NCBI GenBank assembly: GCA_902783785.1
Contig: CACZSH010000075.1
Location: forward strand, 7,578 to 71,577
DNA length: 64,000 nt
DNA from: an uncultured bacterium
GTDB taxonomy: Bacteria; Cyanobacteriota; Vampirovibrionia; Gastranaerophilales; Gastranaerophilaceae
Reading direction: 5' to 3'
In this document: in pieces, positions 29,281 to 37,930 of the stretch
How the letters are laid out: every line of letters begins with the position of its first letter
How positions within the stretch are numbered: the first letter of the stretch is position 1
Notes under the pieces: generated by a model
Databases searched by the model: none
What the model was told of the DNA's origin: nothing
Seen by the model: only the letters and a program-made list of their open reading frames with translations
Position numbers and translations under genes: made by a program

Positions 29281-30426
29281 TTATTCTCCATATATTTCCA
29301 TTAATTCTAATAACTTTTTGTGCATTTTTACATTGTGAACTCTTAAATAGTCAACTTCTTTTTCTATTAATAAAGTTGAAAGAGCTGTTGAGTATATGTC
29401 TTTTTCAATATTATCACTTAATTTTAAAAATGATTTTCTTGAAATTCCAACCATAACTTCACATCCTAAAGATTTAAAATCTTCAATTCGTCTTAAAAGT
29501 TCAAAATTGTCTTCTCTTGTTTTGCCAAAACAAATGCCGACATCAATAATTATACGTGATTTTTCGATATTGTGTTCTTGGGCAAATTTTACTTTATTTT
29601 CTAATTCTTTATAAATGTCATCAACTATATTTGTATATTGCGGATTATCCTGCATTGTTTCAGGTGTTCCTTGTGAATGCTGAATGATTATTTTTACATC
29701 GGAATTTTTAATTACATCTATCATTTTTTCATCATAATCAAACCCTGAAACATCGTTTATTATTGAAACACCATATTCAATACATTTTTTTGCAACTTCA
29801 CTGCTTCTGGTGTCAATGCTTATTGGAGTTTTTATATTGTTTTCTCTGATGTATTCTAATATAGGTAAAATTCTATCTAATTGAATATCTGCGCTTACCG
29901 GTTCTGAATAGGGTTTTGTGCTTTCTGCGCCAATATCAATTATATCTGTACCGTCTTCGATTAGTTCATGTAAGTGTTTTATTGCTTTTTCTTTTTCTAA
30001 ATACATTCCTCCGTCAGAAAATGAATTGTCTGTAATATTTAGAACTCCGACAAGTTTTGTTTTAGATTTTTTATTTTGTAATTCAATTATATTTTCTATA
30101 TTTTCGCTTAATTCTTTTAATCCGAATTGTTGTTTTTTTAGGCTTTTAGAAATTTTTTTTAATTGATAAACAGATCCTGCCAAAATACAGTCTGTTTTTT
30201 CTGTTGAATTTGTTAGTACATTTTTATTAACGGCGCAGTCTGTGCCGTTTGAAAGAGCGGTTTGCTTTAAGATATTTGCTTGAGGTATTGTTAAATCGTA
30301 TATTTTTATATTTAAATATTCATATTTATCTTTTGCAATTTTTTTATATGAATTATCAAAACCTATTATTTCAAGTTCTTTTTCTATATCTGTATTATTT
30401 ATGGTTTTTACCGTAAAACTTTTCAT
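29281..30426 (-). CDS. folP: dihydropteroate synthase with ~120-aa N-terminal extension
   Basis: GVLNITDNSFSDGG, DIIDIGAESTKP, ISIDT, INDVSG, and C-terminal RVHNV. The N-terminal ~120 aa are of unrecognised function. Confidence 0.88.
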   Translation of the reverse strand: MKSFTVKTINNTDIEKELEIIGFDNSYKKIAKDKYEYLNIKIYDLTIPQANILKQTALSNGTDCAVNKNVLTNSTEKTDCILAGSVYQLKKISKSLKKQQFGLKELSENIENIIELQNKKSKTKLVGVLNITDNSFSDGGMYLEKEKAIKHLHELIEDGTDIIDIGAESTKPYSEPVSADIQLDRILPILEYIRENNIKTPISIDTRSSEVAKKCIEYGVSIINDVSGFDYDEKMIDVIKNSDVKIIIQHSQGTPETMQDNPQYTNIVDDIYKELENKVKFAQEHNIEKSRIIIDVGICFGKTREDNFELLRRIEDFKSLGCEVMVGISRKSFLKLSDNIEKDIYSTALSTLLIEKEVDYLRVHNVKMHKKLLELMEIYGE

Positions 30427-30441
30427 AGAAAAATTTTAGCA
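30424..30441 (-). promoter_or_regulatory. leaderless-type extended -10 promoter of folP: TGcTAAAAT-N6-ATG
   Basis: Minus strand: TG 30441-30440, TAAAAT 30438-30433, TTTTCT, ATG 30426. No SD. Abuts the rpsP terminator. Confidence 0.5.
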
Positions 30442-30443
30442 TG

Positions 30444-30478
30444 AAAAAAGAGGATAAAATAAAATTTTATCCTCTTTT
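30444..30478 (-). terminator. terminator of rpsP
   Basis: AAAAGAGGATAAAAT-aaa-ATTTTATCCTCTTTT, 15-nt perfect arms, with T6 on the minus strand. Confidence 0.8.
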
Positions 30479-30500
30479 AAAAAATATTGTATATTCTAAA

Positions 30501-30896
30501 CTATGCTTCAGGAGCTGCTTCTTCAGAAGATTCTGCTGCAGCTGCTTCTGCTGCTAATCTTGCTTCTTCTTCAGCTTTAGCTTTTGCTTCAGCTTCTGCT
30601 GCAGCTTTTGCTTGAGCTTTTTTAGAAAGTTTTACTGTTTCTTTCTTTTGGTAGTTTAATGTTCCGTCATCATTACAGTTATTTATTAAATATTTAACTG
30701 TTTCTGTTGGTTGTGCACCTTTTTTTATCCAATCTAAAGCTGATACTTTATCTAATTTCATCACTTTTGTTTTTGGATTATAGTGTCCTAATTCTTGAAT
30801 AGGTAAACCTTCTCTTTTTGTTGTTGAATTAATAACTATTACTCTGTAAGTAGGAGCTTTTTTTGCACCTAATCTTTTTAATCTGATTTTTAACAT
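30501..30896 (-). CDS. rpsP: 30S ribosomal protein S16 with Ala/Glu-rich C-terminal tail
   Basis: MLKIRLKRLGAKKAPTYRVIV... The tail reads KAQAKAAAEAEAKAKAEEEARLAAEAAAAESSEEAAPEA. Confidence 0.95.
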   Translation of the reverse strand: MLKIRLKRLGAKKAPTYRVIVINSTTKREGLPIQELGHYNPKTKVMKLDKVSALDWIKKGAQPTETVKYLINNCNDDGTLNYQKKETVKLSKKAQAKAAAEAEAKAKAEEEARLAAEAAAAESSEEAAPEA

Positions 30897-30996
30897 ATTT
30901 TCTTTCTTCTTTCTTTTTACTGTTTGTTATAAATATCTAGCCGCTTGATATTTATTTCGGGAAGCTACAAGAGAGGAACAGCTTACCCACATTTTT

Positions 30997-31025
30997 ATAT
31001 AATCATAAACTTTTTTTCAAATCAA
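30997..31025 (-). promoter_or_regulatory. possible rpsP promoter
   Basis: Minus strand: TTGATT 31025-31020, 17-nt spacer, TTATAT 31002-30997. Implies a ~90-nt leader. Confidence 0.35.
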
Positions 31026-31040
31026 GTATATGTTAAGAAT

Positions 31041-31077
31041 TTGCCCCTTGTTTTTATGCTGATAAAATATAGTTATG
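31041..31077 (+). promoter_or_regulatory. leaderless-type promoter of the histidine kinase operon: TTGCCC-N16-(TGa)TAAAAT-N6-ATG
   Basis: TTGCCC 31041-31046, TG 31060-31061, TAAAAT 31063-31068, ATAGTT, ATG 31075. No SD. Confidence 0.55.
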
Positions 31078-33084
31078 GCTAAAACTAAAATTTTATTTTT
31101 ATCTGATAAACAAAATAAATTCGATAATTTTGAAAAGCTTCTTGGTCGTAATACGTATGACTTATATTTTGAAAATAATGAAGATGATTGTTTAAAATTT
31201 TTAATCAATGAAGCTCCTGAAATTATAATTATTGATAACGATATGGCAAATATTGATTTAAGATTTTTGCCTAAAAAAATTACATCAGCTCGTGATGGCA
31301 TAATTGTTATTATATTTTCCAAAGACGATAATATTCCTCAAGAAATTTTGAGATGGGCAGATGCCTTTTTAGTTGGGGATATATCGGCTAAATTATTAAT
31401 TTCCACTATTAATTCAAACCTTAGAAATAAGTTGTCTTATAATCTTTTAGCAGAAACAAACAAAAATAATACCAAAAGTTTATATACTTTAAAAGTTTTA
31501 TATAATATCAGTTCAGAATTTGCTGGTACATTAGAAAAAGATAAACTTATTGAATTGATGATGGATGGAATAAATCGCTCTTTAGAGTTTGATTTATGTT
31601 ACGTTTTGACATTTAATAATGATAATAAGCCTGTTTTAATAGTTCATTCCAAATATACTATTTCTGATGAATTATTTGCTTCTTTAAAAGATCATGCTTG
31701 TATAAATTATAATAATTTGTTTAAAAATAAAAAAATTCCTTTTGAAATAACAGTCGATAATTTGATTTGTGAAAAACATATAAAAAGTAATATAGATTGT
31801 CATACTTTTTCAATTTACAGATATGATAATATGTTTTCTCCAATAAGTTCCGGTGAAAATTTCTTTGGTCTTGTTGAAATTTATAAGGAAAACGGTTTTA
31901 CATCTACAGATGTTGAAATTTTTAGAACAATTATTCAACAAGTTTCAATGCCGTTAAAAAATGCATCTTTGTATCAAGAAATTAAAGAAACAAATAAAAA
32001 ATTAAAAAAATTAGAAAAAATCAAATCAGAATTTATATCTATTGTATCTCACGAATTAAGAACTCCATTAACAGTTATAAAAGGTATGATGGATAATATT
32101 AAGAGATTCTTTACTCTTCCTGATAAAATGATGCCTGCTGTTGATACAATATCAAGAAACGTAAAAAGATTATCTGGTATTATAAACGATTTACTCGATA
32201 TTTCAAAAATTGAAGCAGGAAAAATGGATTATAAATTTTCTGTTACGACAATTGATGATACGGTAAAAGCTGTCCAAACTACATTACAAGGTCTGGCAAA
32301 TGATAAAAATATCAGTCTCTTAACAGATATTCAAGATGCTGGAACAGAAGTATTTGTTGATATCGACAGAGTTGATCAAATTTTGGTTAATCTTGTGAAT
32401 AATGCTATTAAATTCACTCCAAATGATAAAACGATTACAATTAAAACATATCTAAAAGATGCTTCTGAATTAAAAGATGAAAATTTTGATGATGTGCTAA
32501 GTACTTTAAGCGGTAAGTATCTTGTTGTTTGTGTTCAAGATGAAGGTGTCGGTATTGCTAAAGAAAATTTAAAACATGTCTTTGACAGATTTGAACAAAT
32601 AGAAAATTCTTTAACACGTGAAGCAGGTGGTACAGGTTTGGGGCTTTCGATTGCCCGTCAATTATTGGAAGCGCACAATGGTGCTATTTGGTGTGATAGT
32701 GAATTGGAAAAAGGTTCTAATTTTTATTTTGCATTGCCTGTTGCCAGTGAAAAATCTAATTTTATGATTTCTCATAAACAGAGAATAAATCAGGCAAAAG
32801 TTCATAATGATAAATTTGCAACTATTGTTATTTCTGCAGATAGTGATGTTATTGAAAATCTTTTAAAAGAAGAAAATCTTATTCACAAAAGTTATCTTAA
32901 CAATTCTCTAAAAGAAGTTGATGGAAATATTATAACTCTAACGCTTGAAATTCCGGATGCAGACCGTAATTTCGCCAAATTGTTTAAACAAAAAATAGAT
33001 GATACAATGGTTAACAATAAAACACGTTATCCAAAATGTGATATAATGTATTCATACACGATATATCCGGAGGTAAGTAATTAA
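31075..33084 (+). CDS. sensor histidine kinase (receiver-like N-domain, GAF-like, HisKA, HATPase_c, extra ~110-aa C-terminal region)
   Basis: H-box SEFISIVSHELRTPLT, N-box LVNNAIKFT, and G-boxes DEGVGI and GGTGLGLSI. Leaderless-type promoter upstream. Confidence 0.85.
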   Translation: MAKTKILFLSDKQNKFDNFEKLLGRNTYDLYFENNEDDCLKFLINEAPEIIIIDNDMANIDLRFLPKKITSARDGIIVIIFSKDDNIPQEILRWADAFLVGDISAKLLISTINSNLRNKLSYNLLAETNKNNTKSLYTLKVLYNISSEFAGTLEKDKLIELMMDGINRSLEFDLCYVLTFNNDNKPVLIVHSKYTISDELFASLKDHACINYNNLFKNKKIPFEITVDNLICEKHIKSNIDCHTFSIYRYDNMFSPISSGENFFGLVEIYKENGFTSTDVEIFRTIIQQVSMPLKNASLYQEIKETNKKLKKLEKIKSEFISIVSHELRTPLTVIKGMMDNIKRFFTLPDKMMPAVDTISRNVKRLSGIINDLLDISKIEAGKMDYKFSVTTIDDTVKAVQTTLQGLANDKNISLLTDIQDAGTEVFVDIDRVDQILVNLVNNAIKFTPNDKTITIKTYLKDASELKDENFDDVLSTLSGKYLVVCVQDEGVGIAKENLKHVFDRFEQIENSLTREAGGTGLGLSIARQLLEAHNGAIWCDSELEKGSNFYFALPVASEKSNFMISHKQRINQAKVHNDKFATIVISADSDVIENLLKEENLIHKSYLNNSLKEVDGNIITLTLEIPDADRNFAKLFKQKIDDTMVNNKTRYPKCDIMYSYTIYPEVSN

Positions 33085-33449
33085 TGAAAAAAATTCTTAT
33101 TGTTGATGATGAAAAAGATATTGTTGAAACATTAAAGTTTATGTTAGAATCTTCGGGTTATTCTTGCTTTTGTGCGTATAACGGAGAAGATGGACTAAAT
33201 ATGGCAAAGGAAATAATTCCTGATTTGATGATTCTCGACGTTATGATGCCAAAAATGAATGGTTTTAAGATAAGCAGATTGTTAAAATTTGATGCTAAAT
33301 ATAGAGATATCCCGATTTTAATGCTTACTGCCCGCTCTCAAGAATCCGATAAACAAATCGGTGAAGAAACCGGTGCAAATGAATATATTACAAAACCATT
33401 TGAAATTGATGATGTTTTAAATAGAGTTGCTAAATATTTAGGAAATTAA
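33084..33449 (+). CDS. single-domain (CheY-like) response regulator
   Basis: KILIVDDE, LMILDVMMPKMNG, LTA and KPF. Its start overlaps the kinase stop codon. Confidence 0.9.
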   Translation: MKKILIVDDEKDIVETLKFMLESSGYSCFCAYNGEDGLNMAKEIIPDLMILDVMMPKMNGFKISRLLKFDAKYRDIPILMLTARSQESDKQIGEETGANEYITKPFEIDDVLNRVAKYLGN

Positions 33450-33450
33450 A

Positions 33451-34845
33451 ATGATTGAAACAGAAGGTGCAAATAAAACTTTAGAAAGATTGAAATATGA
33501 CCTTGTGAAAGAGGGACTTGTTGAGTACGAAACTCTTGAAAAAGCTCAAGAAATTGCTATTGCTCAAAAAATTAATGTTGGTCAGGCTCTTATTAATTCT
33601 CATATTTTAACGGAAGAAACTTTATTGAAATTTTTAGAAGCTAAATTGCACTTGCCATATGTTAATTTAGATGAGTATTCTCTTGATGAAAGATGTTTGC
33701 AATATATAAAATTTGCAGATGCTAAAAAGTATAAAATTATACCACTTTTTAAAATAGAAGATGAATTAACTGTTGCTATGGCTGATCCTTTTGATTTGTT
33801 TGCCATTGATAGAATTATGGAACTTGCTGAGTGTTCTATCGCTCCGGTTATTTCATCAGAAGCTGCTATTTTACGTAAAATTGATGAATATTATAAAACA
33901 GGAAATACTGTTGGTGAAATCTTTACGGATAGTGATATTGTTGAATTTGATTGGAGAGATGAATTAAATTCTGATGATATGAGTGAAGATCATATTCAAA
34001 AAATTATAAGTGCTATTTTAAAACAAGCTATTTTAGAAAATCTTCATGAAATTTCTTTTACTCAAGAAGAAGATGGATTAGGTGTAAATTTTAAATCCTC
34101 AGATAATGACAATCATAGAGGTTGTATCCCTACTTTATTAATGGCTCCTTTTGTTAATAAGTTGAAGGATTTAGCTAATTTAGATGCCTCTGTTTCAGAA
34201 GTACCTCAGCTTGGAAAATTATTTTTTATGGTTGATGGTATAGGTTTGTATGCAAGAATTTCTACATTCCCTACTGTTATGGGAGAAAGGATTTCTTTAA
34301 ATATTTACAAACCTCCAAAAGATTTAAATCAATTTATTAAAGATGAAAACAGTATTAAAATTATTAAAAATGCATTAAAAACACCGGGTATTACTTTGAT
34401 TTGTGGCTCTCAACTTAGCGGTAAAACACATGTTATATATTCGTTGCTTAATTATTTGGCATCTACTTCAGATAATTTGAATATTATGACAATTGAATCT
34501 ATTTCAAAATATGAATTATCAAAAGTAAATCAGTGCGAATTGAATGAAAGTATTGGTTTTAATTTAGATAAAGCTCTTAAATTTATAGAGTTTCAATCTC
34601 CTGATGTTATTTATTTTGAAAATATTAGAAATAAAGATACTTTAGATTACTTATCAGGACTGGTTTTTGCTGATAAAACCATTATTACGGAGTATATTGC
34701 AAATAATATTTCAGAATTAAGCAGAAAAATGTCATATAGTGATATAGCTACATTTAAGTCTTTGATTTCTTGTATGATATTTATTCATTCAAAAGACAGT
34801 ATTGAAGTTTTTGATAAAGAAACTGCTCAAAAATATTTGGCATAA
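33451..34845 (+). CDS. PilB/GspE-family paralogue with degenerate catalytic motifs (probable pseudo-ATPase)
   Basis: The GspE N-terminal domain is intact (KYKIIPLFKIEDELTVAMADPFDLFAIDRI...ILRKIDEYY). Walker A is retained (GSQLSGKT). The Asp box, Arg fingers, His box and C-terminal Cys cluster are lost when compared with PilB at 44179-46314. Confidence 0.75.
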   Translation: MIETEGANKTLERLKYDLVKEGLVEYETLEKAQEIAIAQKINVGQALINSHILTEETLLKFLEAKLHLPYVNLDEYSLDERCLQYIKFADAKKYKIIPLFKIEDELTVAMADPFDLFAIDRIMELAECSIAPVISSEAAILRKIDEYYKTGNTVGEIFTDSDIVEFDWRDELNSDDMSEDHIQKIISAILKQAILENLHEISFTQEEDGLGVNFKSSDNDNHRGCIPTLLMAPFVNKLKDLANLDASVSEVPQLGKLFFMVDGIGLYARISTFPTVMGERISLNIYKPPKDLNQFIKDENSIKIIKNALKTPGITLICGSQLSGKTHVIYSLLNYLASTSDNLNIMTIESISKYELSKVNQCELNESIGFNLDKALKFIEFQSPDVIYFENIRNKDTLDYLSGLVFADKTIITEYIANNISELSRKMSYSDIATFKSLISCMIFIHSKDSIEVFDKETAQKYLA

Positions 34846-34855
34846 AGGGATATAA

Positions 34856-35728
34856 ATGTTTTCTTTTTATAAAAAATATGCACCATATTTATTTTTATTG
34901 CCTGCAGGTGTTGTTTTGGTGGTATTCTTTTTTATTCCGTTTTTTCAAACTATAGGTTTGAGTTTTTTTGGATATGAAAATTCTATTTACAATCCTGATT
35001 TTGTAGGTTTGGAAAATTATAAAAAACTTGTTACATCTCCTGTTTTTTATAAAGTTATGGCAAATACTTTTATATATCTTTTTGTTGCTGTACCGTTTTT
35101 GGTTATATTTCCGTTATTTTTAGCAATATTAATAAATCAAAAAATAAGATGTGTAACTTTGTATAAAATTTTAATTTATTTACCTGTAATTGTGTCGATA
35201 GTTGTTGCTGCAATTGCTTTTAAATGGTTGTATGCGCAAAGTGGAATTTTAAATTATTTTATGCAAACTTTTGGTTATAATCCGATTGGTTGGCTTACAG
35301 ATCCAAAATATTCTTTATATTCTGTTGCAATAGTAACAATTTGGAAAGGTGTCGCGTATTATATGATGATTTAGCTTGCATCTTTAATGAGTGTTCCTCA
35401 AGATTTGTATGAGGCTTGTGATATTGACGGTGCAGGATTTTTTAAAAAGCATTTGACTGTTACAGTTCCTCATTTAATGCCCACAATAGCACTTGTTTCA
35501 ACTATTTCTGCTATTTCAGCTATGAAAGTTTTTGCAGAAATTTATGTTATGACAAAAGGCGGACCTTTAAATTCTAGTAAAACTATTGTGTATTATATAT
35601 ATGAAAGAGCTTTTGAAAATCTTGATTTAGGCTATGCTTCTGCTTTGGCAGTAGTTTTGCTTATTATAGTTCTTGCTTTTTCTATAATTAATGTTTTATT
35701 CTTTGAAAAGAATAGGTATCAAATATGA
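34856..35728 (+). pseudogene. ABC sugar-type transporter permease (MalF/UgpA-like) interrupted by an in-frame TAG
   Basis: Track ORFs 34856-35374 and 35387-35728 share one frame and read IWKGVAYYMMI*LASLMSVPQDLYEACDIDGAGFF. TAG at 35372-35374 sits where an aromatic residue is expected. The EAA-loop region downstream is intact. Confidence 0.8.
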
Positions 35729-36570
35729 TAAGAAAATTTATTGAGAAATTATCTATACATTCTATATTGATATTCGTATCTTTATTATCAATATTTCCTT
35801 TTATATGGCTTATTTCAACATCATTAAAAGGTATTGATGAAAATATTTTTGCTTATCCTCCAGTGATTATGCCTCAGCAGTTTACGTGGGATAATTATAT
35901 TGGGGTTTGGCATAAAGTTAATTTTATGGGTTACTTTATCAATTCAATGATTGTCGCAGGATTGACAGTATTTTTAAATCTTTTACTTTCATCTCTTGCT
36001 GCATATCCTTTGGCAAGAATGGATTTTGCAGGAAAAAAAATATTTTTCTTTGCTATTTTAGCGACAATTATGGTTCCTTTTCAGGCGATTATGTTACCTG
36101 TTTATTTGATTACAATTAAATTACATCTTCTTGATAGTGTTAATAATATTATGGGCTATATTGGTCTTGTAATGCCTTTTGCAGTTAGTGCATTCGGTAT
36201 ATTTCTTATGAGACAAGCTTTTTTGACTGTTCCAAAAGAAATGGAAGAGGCTGCTATTGTTGATGGTTGTAGTGTATTTCAGGTATTTTTTAAAGTTGTT
36301 CTTCCTATGGTAAAACCAACTCTTGCTGTTCTTGCAATATTTACATTTATTGGTTCTTGGGGAGAATTCTTGTGGCCAAGTATTGTGCTTACAAAGGATG
36401 CTATGTACACATTGCCGGTTGGGGTTAATAATTTGCAAGGTATGTTTTCAAGCAACTGGCGATTTATTGCAGCAGGTTCTATTTTGTCAACAATTCCAAT
36501 TTTAATATTTTTCTTAGCTCTTCAAAAATATTTTATTTCAGGTGAAAATGATGGAGCTGTTAAGGGTTAA
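35725..36570 (+). CDS. ABC sugar-type transporter permease (MalG/UgpE-like)
   Basis: Six-TM pattern and EAA motif (EEAAIVDGCSVFQVFFKVVLPMVKP). Overlaps the upstream permease by 4 nt. Confidence 0.85.
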   Translation: MIRKFIEKLSIHSILIFVSLLSIFPFIWLISTSLKGIDENIFAYPPVIMPQQFTWDNYIGVWHKVNFMGYFINSMIVAGLTVFLNLLLSSLAAYPLARMDFAGKKIFFFAILATIMVPFQAIMLPVYLITIKLHLLDSVNNIMGYIGLVMPFAVSAFGIFLMRQAFLTVPKEMEEAAIVDGCSVFQVFFKVVLPMVKPTLAVLAIFTFIGSWGEFLWPSIVLTKDAMYTLPVGVNNLQGMFSSNWRFIAAGSILSTIPILIFFLALQKYFISGENDGAVKG

Positions 36571-37838
36571 AATAATTTATTCATTAATTCTTCAAATTCA
36601 GGAAATGATATATTTACCCATTGAAATTCGTTAATTTTTATTGGCTTTTCACAAATCAATCCTGCTACATATAGACTCATTGCAAGTCTGTGATCGTGAT
36701 AAGTTTCAACTTCAGCATCACCTTTTAAATGTTTTTTTCCTCTTATTATAAATCCGTCAGGTGTTTCTTCTATATCTGCACCGATTTTTTGCAATTCTTT
36801 TACGGTTGCTGTTATTCTATCGCTTTCTTTATTTCTTAAATCCTGTGCATCTTTGATTATTGTTTCACCTTCAGCTTGGGTTGCCAAAACTGCTATTACA
36901 GGTATTTCATCTATTAATTTCGGTATTACATCGCCTTCAATTACGGTAGCTTTTAAATTTGATGTTCGTATTCTTAAATCGCCGACTTCTTCTTTTCCAA
37001 GTAATCTTTTATCAAGTATTTCTATATTTGCACCCATTTTTTCACAAACTTCAAGAATACCTGTTCTTGTCGGATTTAATCCTACATTTTTTATTATTAT
37101 GTCTGAATTTGGAACGATTAATCCTGCAACAATAAAAAATGCAGCACTTGATATATCACCTGCTATTTCTATATCTTTAGCTTCCAGTTCGGATTTTGTT
37201 ATTTTTGTTGTTGTATCATTAACCATTATGTCTGCTCCAAGATATTCAAGCATTAATTCTGTGTGATTTCTGGATACAAAAGGTTCTGTATATGATGTTA
37301 TTCCTTTTGTATTTAATCCTGCAAGAAGTATACATGATTTTACCTGTGCAGAAGATAATTTTGAGGTGTAATCTATTGAATTTAATTCTTTTCCATAGAT
37401 TTTAAGAGGTGCTTTGTTATCTTTTGATTCTATTTTTGCCCCCATTAGTGAAAGTGGTTCAATTACTCTTTTCATAGGTCGTTTAGAAAGGCTCTCATCA
37501 CCTGTTAAAACAGAATTAAAATTTCTTGCTGCCAAAATCCCGCTCATTAGACGCATCGTTGTTCCGCTGTTTCCACAGTCTAAATCTTTTAATGGTGCTT
37601 TTAATTTCCCATCGGAAATTATTTCTAATGTTTGTTCATCTAAAAATTTATGTTCTATCCCTAATTCAGAAAAAACTTTTAATGTTGAATGGCAATCTGC
37701 TCCTTTTGAAAAATTCTTTACAAGCGTTTTTCCTTTTGCGAGTGATGAAAACATTATTGCCCTATGTGAAATTGATTTGTCAGAAGGTATTGTTATTTCA
37801 CCTTTTAGTGTATTTTTCTTTTCAATTACTAAATCCAT
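36567..37838 (-). CDS. aroA: 3-phosphoshikimate 1-carboxyvinyltransferase (EPSP synthase)
   Basis: PSDKSISHRAIMF, LDCGNSGTTMRL, and KESDRI. Confidence 0.95.
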   Translation of the reverse strand: MDLVIEKKNTLKGEITIPSDKSISHRAIMFSSLAKGKTLVKNFSKGADCHSTLKVFSELGIEHKFLDEQTLEIISDGKLKAPLKDLDCGNSGTTMRLMSGILAARNFNSVLTGDESLSKRPMKRVIEPLSLMGAKIESKDNKAPLKIYGKELNSIDYTSKLSSAQVKSCILLAGLNTKGITSYTEPFVSRNHTELMLEYLGADIMVNDTTTKITKSELEAKDIEIAGDISSAAFFIVAGLIVPNSDIIIKNVGLNPTRTGILEVCEKMGANIEILDKRLLGKEEVGDLRIRTSNLKATVIEGDVIPKLIDEIPVIAVLATQAEGETIIKDAQDLRNKESDRITATVKELQKIGADIEETPDGFIIRGKKHLKGDAEVETYHDHRLAMSLYVAGLICEKPIKINEFQWVNISFPEFEELMNKLF

Positions 37839-37853
37839 AAAATTATTTTAACA
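37836..37853 (-). promoter_or_regulatory. leaderless-type extended -10 promoter of aroA: TGtTAAAAT-N6-ATG
   Basis: Minus strand: TG 37853-37852, TAAAAT 37850-37845, AATTTT, ATG 37838. No SD within range. Confidence 0.5.
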
Positions 37854-37930
37854 TAAACTACTCCATTTAGAGGATATTAATAGCTAAGTCTTAAAGAAAA
37901 ATTTTTTCTTGTCGAAATAAAAAGTATAAG

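Noticed and set aside
30501-30620. A GC-rich reiterated GCTGC/GCTTC tract that looked like a tandem repeat or array.
   Set aside because: It is in frame within rpsP and encodes the Ala/Glu-rich tail. It has no spacer-repeat periodicity.
31017-31322. A 101-aa minus-strand ORF overlapping the histidine kinase start and the rpsP promoter region.
   Set aside because: It overlaps a strongly supported kinase gene, has no expression signals, and has a low-complexity sequence.
35372-35374. The in-frame TAG as evidence for an alternative genetic code.
   Set aside because: This is a single occurrence. All other conserved genes in the window are intact under the standard code, with no internal TAG, TGA or TAA.
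37843-37864. A mini-ORF (GGAG-N6-ATG TTA AAA TAA) four nt upstream of the aroA ATG, which could be a translational-coupling leader peptide.
   Set aside because: The same nucleotides form TGtTAAAAT-N6-ATG(aroA). That matches the leaderless-promoter pattern seen at nine other genes and is the simpler explanation. The uORF idea is not excluded experimentally.
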